In this document: positions 20,324-29,486 of the stretch, piece by piece
Position numbering within the stretch: the stretch's first letter is position 1
Layout: each line of letters opens with the position of its first letter
IMG/VR virus record: IMGVR_UViG_3300005937_000002
Location: 17,985 to 81,984 of that record
Reading direction: 5' to 3' (one strand)
DNA from: a virus
Taxonomy: Duplodnaviria; Caudoviricetes
Length of the DNA: 64,000 nt
The notes under the pieces: model-generated
The model's input: only the letters and a program-made list of their open reading frames with translations
The model's database searches: none
Told to the model about the DNA's origin: nothing
Program-made: the position numbers and the translations under genes

Positions 20324-20873
20324 CAAACTTGACCAACTGCGTGACGCCGTGCGCGAAAAGCGCGACCTGGACCTACAAATAAAGTCCTTGGAGGAGCGTC
20401 TCAGTGAGCACAAGCGCAAGCGCTTTGACCTAGAGCACACCATACTGCCTGACATGTTCAACAACGCAGGCGTCACCATCGTGGCCATACCGCAGGATGG
20501 CAATCTGCCGGCCTACAAGGCCACATTGAACCCTTACTACAAAGCCAACATCAGCGCCGAGTGGCCCAAGGAAAGGCAACAGGCAGCCTTTGACTTGCTT
20601 GAAACGCTTGACCTGGGTGACCTGATCAAGACAATATTTGAAGTGCACTTCAAACGGAATGAGCACAAGGAAACCAAACAGTTTGCCTTAGCCTTAGCCA
20701 AGCTGGTCAAGGCAGAACGCATCACCCAGCGCCAGGGCGTGCCCTGGTCAACTCTGACGGCCGCCATCCGCAATCACTATGAAGGCGGCGACAGCCTAAC
20801 CCAAACCCAACTTGACATACTGGGTGCCACCATAGGGATGGCAGTCACATTGAAGGAGCAACGCGATGGCTAA
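20316..20873 (+). CDS. Conserved phage replication-region protein
   Basis: Coiled coil, LPDMF...G, AAFD.L...DLGDLIK; typical neighbour of phage SSB genes. Confidence 0.65.
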   Translation: MTDKLDQLRDAVREKRDLDLQIKSLEERLSEHKRKRFDLEHTILPDMFNNAGVTIVAIPQDGNLPAYKATLNPYYKANISAEWPKERQQAAFDLLETLDLGDLIKTIFEVHFKRNEHKETKQFALALAKLVKAERITQRQGVPWSTLTAAIRNHYEGGDSLTQTQLDILGATIGMAVTLKEQRDG

Positions 20874-21783
20874 ACAGCAGCATCAACAAACAAAAGCACC
20901 AGCGGCAACATCACCAATCAAAGCCACAACTGTAACAACCACCAAGCCCCAACTGCCGGCGGTCCCCACCGCGCAAGAACAAGCCCTGTTGGACAAAATG
21001 CGCGGCGATGCCGGCAAAGGCGTCAGCACCCGTGCGCAAGACAACATCGTGCCGCGCCTGACGGTGCTGCAAGCCCTAAGCCCACAGGTGCTGCTAAAGA
21101 ATGCAGCCTACATTGAAGGTGCCACCGCGGGTGACTTCTACGCACCCAGCCTGCCTGAACCTGTGATTGACGGTGAGGCTGGCCTCTACTTTCAGCCCAG
21201 CTTGATGTACATGGAATGGGTTGAATGGGTGCCGCGTGACCAGGGCGGCGGCTTTGCTGACCGCCACAAGGCCACACGCGATGATTTGCCACCGCCTGGC
21301 GCAACGCCCAAGCCCAGGGAAGGCAGGCGTCCCCAGGCCTACCGCATGGGCAAGAATGACCTACAGTTGACCCGCTACGTGCCAGGCCATGTGTGGGAGG
21401 ATGGCACTGCCACACCGCTGGTGATCAACTTCAGCGGCACCGGCCACACCGTGGCGCGCAGTTGGAACACCGCCATGAAGCGCATGGTGAACGGCATCAT
21501 ACCGGCGGCCTTCAGCGGCCTGTACCGGTTGACCACCCGCATTAAGAAAAACAACTTCGGTGAGTGGTATCAAATAGAATTTGGTCCGGTCATACGGCTG
21601 GCCGATTTGAATACCGGCAAAGCCAACCCTGATGCGGAGGTTATCGTGCATGACTGCATCAAAGCCTATGAACTTGGCAGCGCACTGCATGACGCTTTCT
21701 TGGATGAAACAAAAACCGCTGAACTAGACACCCACAACGACCAGCAACAACAAGGCGGTGACGGCGACGACGAAGCAATGTAA
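20866..21783 (+). CDS. Putative ssDNA-binding / annealing protein
   Basis: PRL..LQALSPQV, AGDF, EWVEW.PR..GGGF, acidic C-terminal tail DGDDEAM. Confidence 0.6.
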   Translation: MAKQQHQQTKAPAATSPIKATTVTTTKPQLPAVPTAQEQALLDKMRGDAGKGVSTRAQDNIVPRLTVLQALSPQVLLKNAAYIEGATAGDFYAPSLPEPVIDGEAGLYFQPSLMYMEWVEWVPRDQGGGFADRHKATRDDLPPPGATPKPREGRRPQAYRMGKNDLQLTRYVPGHVWEDGTATPLVINFSGTGHTVARSWNTAMKRMVNGIIPAAFSGLYRLTTRIKKNNFGEWYQIEFGPVIRLADLNTGKANPDAEVIVHDCIKAYELGSALHDAFLDETKTAELDTHNDQQQQGGDGDDEAM

Positions 21784-21917
21784 CGTCACTGCCCGGTGCA
21801 GTGCTGGGTCAATGGTTTTTACTCCACCGTTTGGCCATTGTCACAAGCCGCAAGCCGCCCAGCGCGGGCTGCACCAACTAACAAAACAACTAACAAACAA
21901 AACAATGGACCTTCATC

Positions 21918-22595
21918 ATGGACCTGCTCAGATTTTTTGGTCTGGCACAAGCCATGGCCAGCCTTGCACGCTTCAGTCAGTGCCGCCTGACTGCACCGGA
22001 AAACGTCCTGCAACATACCGGCTTTGTCACCTTGGGCTGCTACCTGGTGGGCTTGGAGCTCAACAGCGTAGCCACCACGCCAAATGAACGCATCAACATG
22101 CACAGCCTGCTGGCCCGCGCCACTGTGCATGATCTCGAGGAGCCCCACATTGGTGACATTGCGCGCCCTACCAAATATCACAGCAATGAAACCATCAACA
22201 TGTTCTCACGCCTGAAGCTGATAGCTATCAAGGAAGTCTTGAATGAGTTGCTGCTGCCCACCCCTGTAAGTCAACTGGTGCTGCGTGACCATGCGGAGGC
22301 CAAGCATGGCCGCGTTGGCTTTGTCGTTGACCTGATGGACAAAGCCGCCATCGTGTACAAGCTGTGGGACGAATGCCTACAGCGGGGCAATTGCACTCTG
22401 GTCAAGATTGCCCTGCGGCTACAGCAACAAGGCTACCTGCCGGCTTTGCGTGAGCACCTGGCCAGCCTGCATGACTTCAATGCTGAGCAAAGGTTCTACC
22501 TGCAAACAATCATCAGCAACCTGATGAAAATCCTGGACATGGTTGCGGTCAACAATCAAACGGATACATTCCATGAAGCTGACAAAGTTGGATGA
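21918..22595 (+). CDS. HD-domain (YfbR-like) deoxynucleotide phosphohydrolase
   Basis: R...RF...ENVLQH, VHDLEE..IGDI.RP.K motifs. Confidence 0.85.
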   Translation: MDLLRFFGLAQAMASLARFSQCRLTAPENVLQHTGFVTLGCYLVGLELNSVATTPNERINMHSLLARATVHDLEEPHIGDIARPTKYHSNETINMFSRLKLIAIKEVLNELLLPTPVSQLVLRDHAEAKHGRVGFVVDLMDKAAIVYKLWDECLQRGNCTLVKIALRLQQQGYLPALREHLASLHDFNAEQRFYLQTIISNLMKILDMVAVNNQTDTFHEADKVG

Positions 22596-23607
22596 AATGC
22601 CACCCGTAGTGGCACAGGAGGCCTGGCAACTCAGCCGGCCCAATCAACAACAACCAACGCCATTGGAAGAAGTGCTGGCGGTGGACGCCCCGGTCAATGA
22701 ACTGCCCAGCTACATATTGTTGTTTGAGGATTTCACTATCCTTGAACGTGAGATCATAGCCACGCCACGCAACCACGTCATGTGGGCGCGCACCAGCCGC
22801 GTGGACGATCCGACCAAGTTCACCGTGCCTGTGGAGTACGCTGAAAAAATACCGACAGCCACCATCCGCCAATCAATGGCCAAGGCCAAACAGCACGGCA
22901 AGCCGCAGGACACCTGGCGTGCCAAGCTGCCCATATTTGCCCACACCAGTTGGGTGGCGCGCGTCAGCCTGCGTGATTTGATCAAGCTGGCCCTTTATTT
23001 TGAGTACCTGGCCGCTAAATTCGCGCGCTACCGCCAACGCTGGCAGGCAATTGCAGAAGCCATGCGCAGTTTCACCACTCACCGCCTTAACTACCAGTTG
23101 GACAAATACTTGTATGAACAACAACTAAACGGTGACACCCACAGGGCCAAGTTCGGCAGCGGCTGGTCTATCATCTACGCCAAGGTGCCGTTGATGCTGC
23201 GTGCGCAACTGGTGCGTCACCGGCCGCTGCACTTCATTGACAACTTGTTCAGCCTGCTGCGTCATGACGCCTTGCCGCAGTATGATCTCAACACGACCAT
23301 TTACATGGAGTTGTGCGCCACGGACGCCATCTGGCACGAGATCATCAGCAAGCGCAATTGCTGGATTGCCCAGGCTGACCTGTGGAAGCCGATCACCGTT
23401 TATTTCAATGAGCAAACATTGCCCTGTAGCGGCAGCGGCTGTTGCCCCTATGGCACTGACAATGTGCAGCGCATGGCCGGCTTGGACCCGAACCCGCCCT
23501 GCCCCTTATATTTGAAGCTGAACAATCAGTCCGCGGCAAACTGGCTGCCGGCGATTGCCACTCACATGAAAAACAAACCAGACTGGTGGAGGGCACTACC
23601 GCTATGA
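22573..23607 (+). CDS. Divergent tandem ThyX-like flavin-dependent pyrimidine-modifying enzyme
   Basis: RAQLVRHR motif, degenerate TPR-x7-T-S-R copy, LP...T.W....SLRDL and R....AQADLW motifs. Confidence 0.65.
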   Translation: MKLTKLDEMPPVVAQEAWQLSRPNQQQPTPLEEVLAVDAPVNELPSYILLFEDFTILEREIIATPRNHVMWARTSRVDDPTKFTVPVEYAEKIPTATIRQSMAKAKQHGKPQDTWRAKLPIFAHTSWVARVSLRDLIKLALYFEYLAAKFARYRQRWQAIAEAMRSFTTHRLNYQLDKYLYEQQLNGDTHRAKFGSGWSIIYAKVPLMLRAQLVRHRPLHFIDNLFSLLRHDALPQYDLNTTIYMELCATDAIWHEIISKRNCWIAQADLWKPITVYFNEQTLPCSGSGCCPYGTDNVQRMAGLDPNPPCPLYLKLNNQSAANWLPAIATHMKNKPDWWRALPL

Positions 23608-23837
23608 CAATATCAAAAAGTCCATGGACAATTGAACCCAACGGCACTGATGTAGTCAGCCCGGATGGCCACGTGGCCACCTGTGAAACCAAAGAGGACG
23701 CCTGTTTGATTGCCGCTGCACCCGCCCTGTTGGCCACCCTGCAGGAACTGGTGGCTGAAATCAAAGCCTACACTGATGACTGGAATGGTGACCTGTTGAA
23801 GGAAGCTGACAACATCATTCAGAGATCACAGTCATGA
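23604..23837 (+). CDS. Small phage protein
   Basis: SPW...DA.LIAAAPALL motif common in phage early proteins. Confidence 0.7.
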   Translation: MTISKSPWTIEPNGTDVVSPDGHVATCETKEDACLIAAAPALLATLQELVAEIKAYTDDWNGDLLKEADNIIQRSQS

Positions 23838-24268
23838 AAGTATACCTCGCCGGACCGTTCTTCAATGAACAACAAATAGAAACCATTGAAAGGCTGGAAA
23901 CCTGGCTGTGCGTCAAACACGTTGACTTCTACAGCCCGCGCATGGAAGGCACACTGATACACATCAGCCCGGAAAACCGCCAGGCTGCCGCCAAGCTGAT
24001 CTATGAAAAAAACATTCTGCGGCTGGCCTGGTGCACCCATGTGATAGCCGTCATAGACGACCGTGACCCAGGCACTCATATTGAAATAGGCTATGCCCTG
24101 GCCAGCAACAAACGGATCATAACCTACAGCGGGCAGGGCCATGGCTTGAACGTCATGCTGCAGGGTGCGGTGGCCGGCCACGCGCGCAACCTTATAGAGC
24201 TCGGGGAGCATTTGTTCAATGACAACAAACACCGCCCAGCCGCAACGTTCAGCCGCGACGTTGAATAA
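23834..24268 (+). CDS. Nucleoside 2-deoxyribosyltransferase / dNMP N-glycosidase family
   Basis: KVYLAGPFFN, D.GT..E.GYA with catalytic Glu. Confidence 0.9.
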   Translation: MKVYLAGPFFNEQQIETIERLETWLCVKHVDFYSPRMEGTLIHISPENRQAAAKLIYEKNILRLAWCTHVIAVIDDRDPGTHIEIGYALASNKRIITYSGQGHGLNVMLQGAVAGHARNLIELGEHLFNDNKHRPAATFSRDVE

Positions 24269-24416
24269 GTTGAACAAGATACACCACGCCATCAACTACG
24301 TCAGCGGCGGCCTGGTGCTGGCCATCGTCAAGCGCAACCTGTCAAAGGCCGAAACCAAACAATGGGTGCAGCAACTACGCCAGGCGGCTGATGATCTAGA
24401 GGCAGTTATCAAATAG
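24219..24416 (+). CDS. Hypothetical protein
   Basis: 65-aa ORF in the operon. Confidence 0.5.
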   Translation: MTTNTAQPQRSAATLNKLNKIHHAINYVSGGLVLAIVKRNLSKAETKQWVQQLRQAADDLEAVIK

Positions 24417-24510
24417 GGGATATTTGCTTGTTTGCTTTTGAAGGCAAATATGCTAATGGCCGCAATGTGGCTAAAGCCACATCAACCCCTAATGTGAAGG
24501 ATCACATATC

Positions 24511-25500
24511 ATGCTTAAGCGTAGAACTACAACAACTCATAAGCAACCGGCCAAGGTGACAAAGGTGACAAAGGTGACAAAGGTGACCAAAAAAGCAAAG
24601 GCGGCAATCGTGATGCCAACATCAGACTATCCTACAAAAAAGACCACACTAATGACGTTGGAAGCTAAGGATATTGATATTGATAAAAGATATCAACGTC
24701 CGCCATCAATGCGTCATGCGCTGTTGAAGCGGCTGTCCACAAAATTCAACCCTGATAAGTTGAAAGTGTTGGTTGTTAGTAAACGTGCTGACGGCACTTA
24801 TTGGGTGCTGGATGGTGCCGGTCGCTTGTACATGATCAAAACTATTTTGGGCATGCCTAATTATCCATTGGAGTGTCAAGTGTATCAAGGTTTGACCATT
24901 GAAGAAGAAACCAAACTGTACCGAGAACTCAACCGTGACCGTAAATCACTTAATCATTATGATTATTTGCGTGCTGAAGTGACCGGCGGTGAAAAGGAGT
25001 CCGTGGCACTTTGGACGTTGTGTGAGAAATATGGTTTCACTACCTATTATGACATACCAGCAGTGAAGCCATTCAAGATCATGTTCCGGTCTCAATACCT
25101 GGAACAAGTATTGCAAATGACCAACATGTGGCGCACGTCAGGTGACAAGCGCAAAGTCACTGGTGCCATGTATCAAGCAATTGCATTGATCTGCAAATAT
25201 TGCAGTCCAATTGACTTCAACCGTCTTGAAGAAATTCTTGAACGTAAGTCACCACAAGCATGGCTGGCTGACGTAAGGCGTTTACCTGGTGGTGATTTGC
25301 ATCCGGCCAAACAACCGCTACCGATTGCAATGCACATTGTATGCATCTACAATAAACACTTAAGTGAAGCGCGAATGGCACCAACTAAAAAGCTGACAAA
25401 TGTGCATTACGAAGGCATCAGTTGGTATGTGGCAATGCTGCGTCCACTGAATGAAATGCGCATCATTGATCCGGATGACAACGCAGCAGCCTGTAACTAA
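24511..25500 (+). CDS. ParB-like (DUF6551-type) protein
   Basis: IDKRYQR, LVVSKRADGTYWVLDG.GR, F...N..RK; lower GC than neighbours. Confidence 0.7.
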   Translation: MLKRRTTTTHKQPAKVTKVTKVTKVTKKAKAAIVMPTSDYPTKKTTLMTLEAKDIDIDKRYQRPPSMRHALLKRLSTKFNPDKLKVLVVSKRADGTYWVLDGAGRLYMIKTILGMPNYPLECQVYQGLTIEEETKLYRELNRDRKSLNHYDYLRAEVTGGEKESVALWTLCEKYGFTTYYDIPAVKPFKIMFRSQYLEQVLQMTNMWRTSGDKRKVTGAMYQAIALICKYCSPIDFNRLEEILERKSPQAWLADVRRLPGGDLHPAKQPLPIAMHIVCIYNKHLSEARMAPTKKLTNVHYEGISWYVAMLRPLNEMRIIDPDDNAAACN

Positions 25501-25501
25501 C

Positions 25502-25663
25502 ATGGCACAACGTGACAAACTGCAAGAACGCATACTGCGCGCCAAGATCATTGACTTGACGCGCAAATACAAGCTGCCGCCCAGCATCATCGCCGAACGG
25601 CTGGGCGTCAACCGCAAATACGTCAGCAAGGTGCTCAGCGAAATCAAAAAGGCACCAACCTGA
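25502..25663 (+). CDS. Small HTH DNA-binding protein
   Basis: IIAERLGVNRKYVSKVL helix-turn-helix. Confidence 0.65.
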   Translation: MAQRDKLQERILRAKIIDLTRKYKLPPSIIAERLGVNRKYVSKVLSEIKKAPT

Positions 25664-26016
25664 TGCGCGTGCTGGTGTGCGGCGGCCGTCACTACTTTGA
25701 CCATAACACGGTCGTCCGCACGCTGGACGCTATTCACGTTGAAACGCCCATCACCGCCATCCTGCATGGCGGTGCTACCGGTGCTGACGCCTTGGCCGGC
25801 AAGTGGGCCGCCCTGCGTAATGTTTCCACTGTAGTATTCAAAGCCGACTGGCAGGCGCACGGCCGCAAGGCCGGCCCTTGGCGCAACATGCAAATGATCC
25901 AGGAAGGTCAGCCTGACCTGGTGGTGGCGTTCCCAGGCGGCCGTGGCACGGCACACGTCATCCGCCTGGCCATTACCAACAACATCAAACTGATACAACC
26001 GGAGCAACGGCAATAA
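25663..26016 (+). CDS. YspA/SLOG (DUF2493) nucleotide-binding protein
   Basis: RVLVCGGR, LHGGA.GAD.LA, AGP.RN..M, PDLVVAFPGG.GT. Confidence 0.9.
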   Translation: MRVLVCGGRHYFDHNTVVRTLDAIHVETPITAILHGGATGADALAGKWAALRNVSTVVFKADWQAHGRKAGPWRNMQMIQEGQPDLVVAFPGGRGTAHVIRLAITNNIKLIQPEQRQ

Positions 26017-26312
26017 TGCGCTGCCGCTACTGCGGCAAACAAACCACCAGCGCATGCCAGCGTGCGCATGACGCCAACAGGTGTACAAACAACATGAATA
26101 GCCAATCACAATCAATGCACATCAAGTTTAATTACGACAACGCCTTTGTGCATTGCCGTGACGGTACAACAACGGCAATGGAGCGCCCCATCAACATATC
26201 ACGCAGCCGCTGGATGGCATTCTGGCGCATCTGCCAGTTCACCGGCCTGCAAAACAGTCACATACAAACACTAGAACGGTGGTACAGCAATGCCCAACAT
26301 TTTAGTCACTGA
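26016..26312 (+). CDS. Hypothetical protein
   Basis: ORF with stop/start overlaps; N-terminal CxxC. Confidence 0.5.
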   Translation: MRCRYCGKQTTSACQRAHDANRCTNNMNSQSQSMHIKFNYDNAFVHCRDGTTTAMERPINISRSRWMAFWRICQFTGLQNSHIQTLERWYSNAQHFSH

Positions 26313-26703
26313 CATTGACGGCACCTTGGCGAATGACGCCTGGCGCACGACCATCAGCGACTATGACTTGCGCAACTCATCCGCCAATGATGACCCGCCA
26401 CTCCTGAACGCCATTGCCATGCTCAACGCCGCGCATGCCGCCGGCTGGCTGACTATTTGTTTGACCAGCCGTGCCGAGCGCTGGCGACAACTCACCTTGG
26501 CTTGGTTGCTCAAACATGACGTGATGGCCAGCAACGTGTTCATGCGCAACGACGACGACTACGCCAGCGCACCTGAGTACAAGGTGCACATCGTGAAACG
26601 CTTCCTGCTGCACCAGGCTCCACTCCTACTAATTGACAGCCGCAGTGACGTGATCAACGCCTACAGGGAGCAAGGCTGGCAGGCCTTGCAGTCACAACAA
26701 TGA
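26290..26703 (+). CDS. HAD-superfamily phosphatase (PNKP phosphatase-like)
   Basis: DIDGTLA, LTSR, FMR...D, K, LLID motifs. Confidence 0.85.
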   Translation: MPNILVTDIDGTLANDAWRTTISDYDLRNSSANDDPPLLNAIAMLNAAHAAGWLTICLTSRAERWRQLTLAWLLKHDVMASNVFMRNDDDYASAPEYKVHIVKRFLLHQAPLLLIDSRSDVINAYREQGWQALQSQQ

Positions 26704-27407
26704 AAGCAATAGTGACCGGCGGTGCCAGCGGCCTGGGCCAGGCCATCCGCAAGCACTTGACCAGTGCCGGCCACAACGTGGACATATGGGACATACAAGA
26801 ACCCTACTGCAATGACGTTGGTGACCTGGTGCAAACAATGAACACCGCCCGCCTGCTCGGCCCCATTGACCTGTTGGTGAACGCGGCAGGCGTCAATTAC
26901 ATTGAATGGTTTGAAATGCTGAAAGAAAAAGACTTCACCACCTGCCTCCGCGTCAACACCGCCGGCATCTACAACTGCACCAAAGCGCTGCTGCCAAACC
27001 TGACCGCCACCGGCGGCACGGTGTGCAATATCTTGTCCAACGCCAGTCACATACCGATGACTGCCACCACCGCCTACTGCACGTCAAAAGCCGCGGCCTA
27101 CATGCTGACGCGCCAATTGGCGCATGAACTATTCCCTAAATACGGGATCACGGTGTTCGGCGTCAGTCCTAATAAACTTGCCGGCACCAGCATGGCGGCT
27201 TACACTGCTGAGCAAGTGGCCAAGGTGCGCGGCTGGTCCAAAAAGAAAACCCGCAAGAAACAACTGAAGGCCTTACCCATCGGCGAGGAGACTCCTGTAG
27301 AAGTTGTTGCTGAGTTTGTGGCGTGGCTGCTGACTGAAAAGTATCGGCATAAATACTTGCATGGCTGCATCATTCCTTATGGAGGCCCCGACCATGCCGC
27401 ACCTTGA
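26700..27407 (+). CDS. Short-chain dehydrogenase/reductase
   Basis: TGGASGLG, LLVNAAG, catalytic S and YCTSK. Confidence 0.92.
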   Translation: MKAIVTGGASGLGQAIRKHLTSAGHNVDIWDIQEPYCNDVGDLVQTMNTARLLGPIDLLVNAAGVNYIEWFEMLKEKDFTTCLRVNTAGIYNCTKALLPNLTATGGTVCNILSNASHIPMTATTAYCTSKAAAYMLTRQLAHELFPKYGITVFGVSPNKLAGTSMAAYTAEQVAKVRGWSKKKTRKKQLKALPIGEETPVEVVAEFVAWLLTEKYRHKYLHGCIIPYGGPDHAAP

Positions 27408-27876
27408 CCAGCTTTGCTTCTACTGCAGCACCGTACATCAGGCGGATGCCATCAAACAATTGCTGCACCTGCCCAGCCCCACGTCATGGTTGATGGACAA
27501 TGTCAACATGCACAACTTGCTGCCGCCCAATCCCACCTGGCAGGCGGCCAAGGCCGAGCTCCAATTTCACATCACCAACAACAACTTTCAAATTGAGATC
27601 ATGCGCTTCACTGAAGGTCCGCACTGGCTGCAAAACAATTCCACTGACGATATTTTTATCAGCCATGTAGGTTTGCACCTGGCGCACAATGAACCATGGC
27701 CAGACTTGCCGGACTGTCCATTGGTGCAGGAAACGCGCACCTTTTATCACAGCGCCAAGCACTTTCATGAAAAGGGCAGCCCGCAATACGGCCGCACCTA
27801 TCACTACCGCATCCATCAAATGGGCAAAATCAGCATCAAGCTGATCCGGAGAAAGGACTATGCGCAATACGGCTGA
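27394..27876 (+). CDS. VOC / glyoxalase-fold protein (epimerase-like)
   Basis: LDQL, QIEIM, ISHVGLH metal-ligand spacing; GGAGG RBS. Confidence 0.55.
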   Translation: MPHLDQLCFYCSTVHQADAIKQLLHLPSPTSWLMDNVNMHNLLPPNPTWQAAKAELQFHITNNNFQIEIMRFTEGPHWLQNNSTDDIFISHVGLHLAHNEPWPDLPDCPLVQETRTFYHSAKHFHEKGSPQYGRTYHYRIHQMGKISIKLIRRKDYAQYG

Positions 27877-28216
27877 AGTACTTACGACCGCTGCCGCCAC
27901 CTTCAAGCAGCGGCAACCTATTTACGGTGACAATGCGCCGCGCGTCGGTGCCGCCTTGGCTGCCCTGTTCCCAAAAGGTTTAACGCTCAACACCGCTGAT
28001 GACTTCACCAGGTTCTATTTGTACTCACAGATGGTGGCCAAGCTGGGCCGCTACGCCAACAACTTCCAAACACCGCACATGGACAGCACCCTGGACGCCA
28101 CAGTCTATGCCGCCATGCTGCACGCCACCGACCAGGAGAAAACACCAACACCAACACCAACCGCTGTGCTGTTAACTGACAGCCCACTGCGCAAGGAGAC
28201 TATCAAGGCATGCTAA
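27860..28216 (+). CDS. All-alpha NTP pyrophosphohydrolase-like protein (DUF6378-like)
   Basis: R...YGD, K..RY....H.DS.LD..VYA motif. Confidence 0.65.
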   Translation: MRNTAEVLTTAAATFKQRQPIYGDNAPRVGAALAALFPKGLTLNTADDFTRFYLYSQMVAKLGRYANNFQTPHMDSTLDATVYAAMLHATDQEKTPTPTPTAVLLTDSPLRKETIKAC

Positions 28217-28368
28217 AGGCCATGATCATGATTGAACAACTAGACATGGACTACGTAATCATAGCCGGTGGCCAACGCGTCAACCGGCCCACCTGGTACA
28301 GCCGGATGCAATGGCTGTACTACTGGGAAACCATGCTCCTCATGATGCAGCGTGAAGGAGTTGACTAA
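28210..28368 (+). CDS. Small hypothetical protein (52 aa)
   Basis: AAGGAG RBS; read manually, below the ORF-track cutoff. Confidence 0.45.
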   Translation: MLKAMIMIEQLDMDYVIIAGGQRVNRPTWYSRMQWLYYWETMLLMMQREGVD

Positions 28369-28481
28369 TGACAACAACAACAAATGACGTTGTGGCCGCG
28401 CTTGGCTACGTTTGCGGTGCTGCGCTTGCCCCACTGTCAAATGAGCACTAGCGTGCGCGCTCTTAATAAACGAGACGGCAA

Positions 28482-28721
28482 ATGAAACACCACCGCCGCA
28501 AACACAAGCCACCGCCAGGCTACATCATGTATTTGGCGCATGACGAACTCCTGCTGCCGCAAATACTGCCCCTGTATAAGTGGATGCCGTTCACCTATGG
28601 CTACGTCAAAATCAAAGGCAGCAAAGAAGCAATAGCCTTGCGTGAATTGACCTATATCGCGCACCTGGCGGCCTACAAGACCAAACGCAACATCAAACTG
28701 CGTGTGCTGTGGAAGTCATGA
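28482..28721 (+). CDS. Hypothetical protein
   Basis: 79-aa basic ORF. Confidence 0.5.
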   Translation: MKHHRRKHKPPPGYIMYLAHDELLLPQILPLYKWMPFTYGYVKIKGSKEAIALRELTYIAHLAAYKTKRNIKLRVLWKS

Positions 28722-28731
28722 ATAGAGGCGA

Positions 28732-29301
28732 ATGTGTAATATGGAAGCGTTAGTGTTTGACACTGAAACCACCGGCCTGGTCAGCAGCAGGCTGGTCAAG
28801 AAAACCAGCTTGCCGGAGATCATTGAATTTTACGGAGCACGCTGCACGTTCAACAAACAAACCGGTGATTTCAAAATCATTGAAGAGCTCGAGCTGCTGA
28901 TCAAGCCGGACCGCATGATCAATGAATATAAAGAAGGTAAACAAAACATCGCTAAGATCACCGGCATCACCAATGCCATGCTGGCTGACGCACCGCCGCT
29001 ACAACAAGTCGCCAACCAGATGTTTGAACTGATTGAACGCGCACCGCTGGTGATTGCGCACAACCTGCACTACGACGAGGAAGTCATGGACATTGCCGCC
29101 ACCCGGCAAAATTACCAAATCAAGTGGCCGCCCGGCATATGCACCGTGGAGGCCACCGCCTACCTGCGCAGTGAACGGCTGACCTTAACCAACTTATATG
29201 CCATGCTGTTCAATGAGAAGTTCACGCCGCACCGCGCCAAGGCTGACACCACCGCCTTGATACGCTGCTGCGCCAAGCTGTATCAACAAGGTGTGATATG
29301 A
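28732..29301 (+). CDS. dnaQ: DnaQ-like DEDDh 3'-5' exonuclease
   Basis: FDTETTG, AHNLHYD, HRA.AD. Confidence 0.9.
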   Translation: MCNMEALVFDTETTGLVSSRLVKKTSLPEIIEFYGARCTFNKQTGDFKIIEELELLIKPDRMINEYKEGKQNIAKITGITNAMLADAPPLQQVANQMFELIERAPLVIAHNLHYDEEVMDIAATRQNYQIKWPPGICTVEATAYLRSERLTLTNLYAMLFNEKFTPHRAKADTTALIRCCAKLYQQGVI

Positions 29302-29480
29302 CGCTATCCGCTGAAATCAACAAAGCGCTGGCGCAGTTCAAAGCTAAACTGCACACCGCCGTGAAGCTGGACACTGAATTCAGTTTTGAAATGGGCACAG
29401 AGAAACGCGTACAGGAAGCCTGGCTGCAAGCCGACGAAGCCGAACGCACCTTGCGCGTACTGCTGCAATCAAAGGGATAA
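29298..29480 (+). CDS. Hypothetical protein
   Basis: 60-aa ORF with overlaps. Confidence 0.55.
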   Translation: MTLSAEINKALAQFKAKLHTAVKLDTEFSFEMGTEKRVQEAWLQADEAERTLRVLLQSKG

Positions 29481-29486
29481 CAAACA

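Noticed and set aside
21918-22595. 2-aminoadenine (Z) genome based on a DatZ-like HD protein
   Set aside because: No PurZ/adenylosuccinate synthetase homologue in the window; HD hydrolases occur with many modification systems
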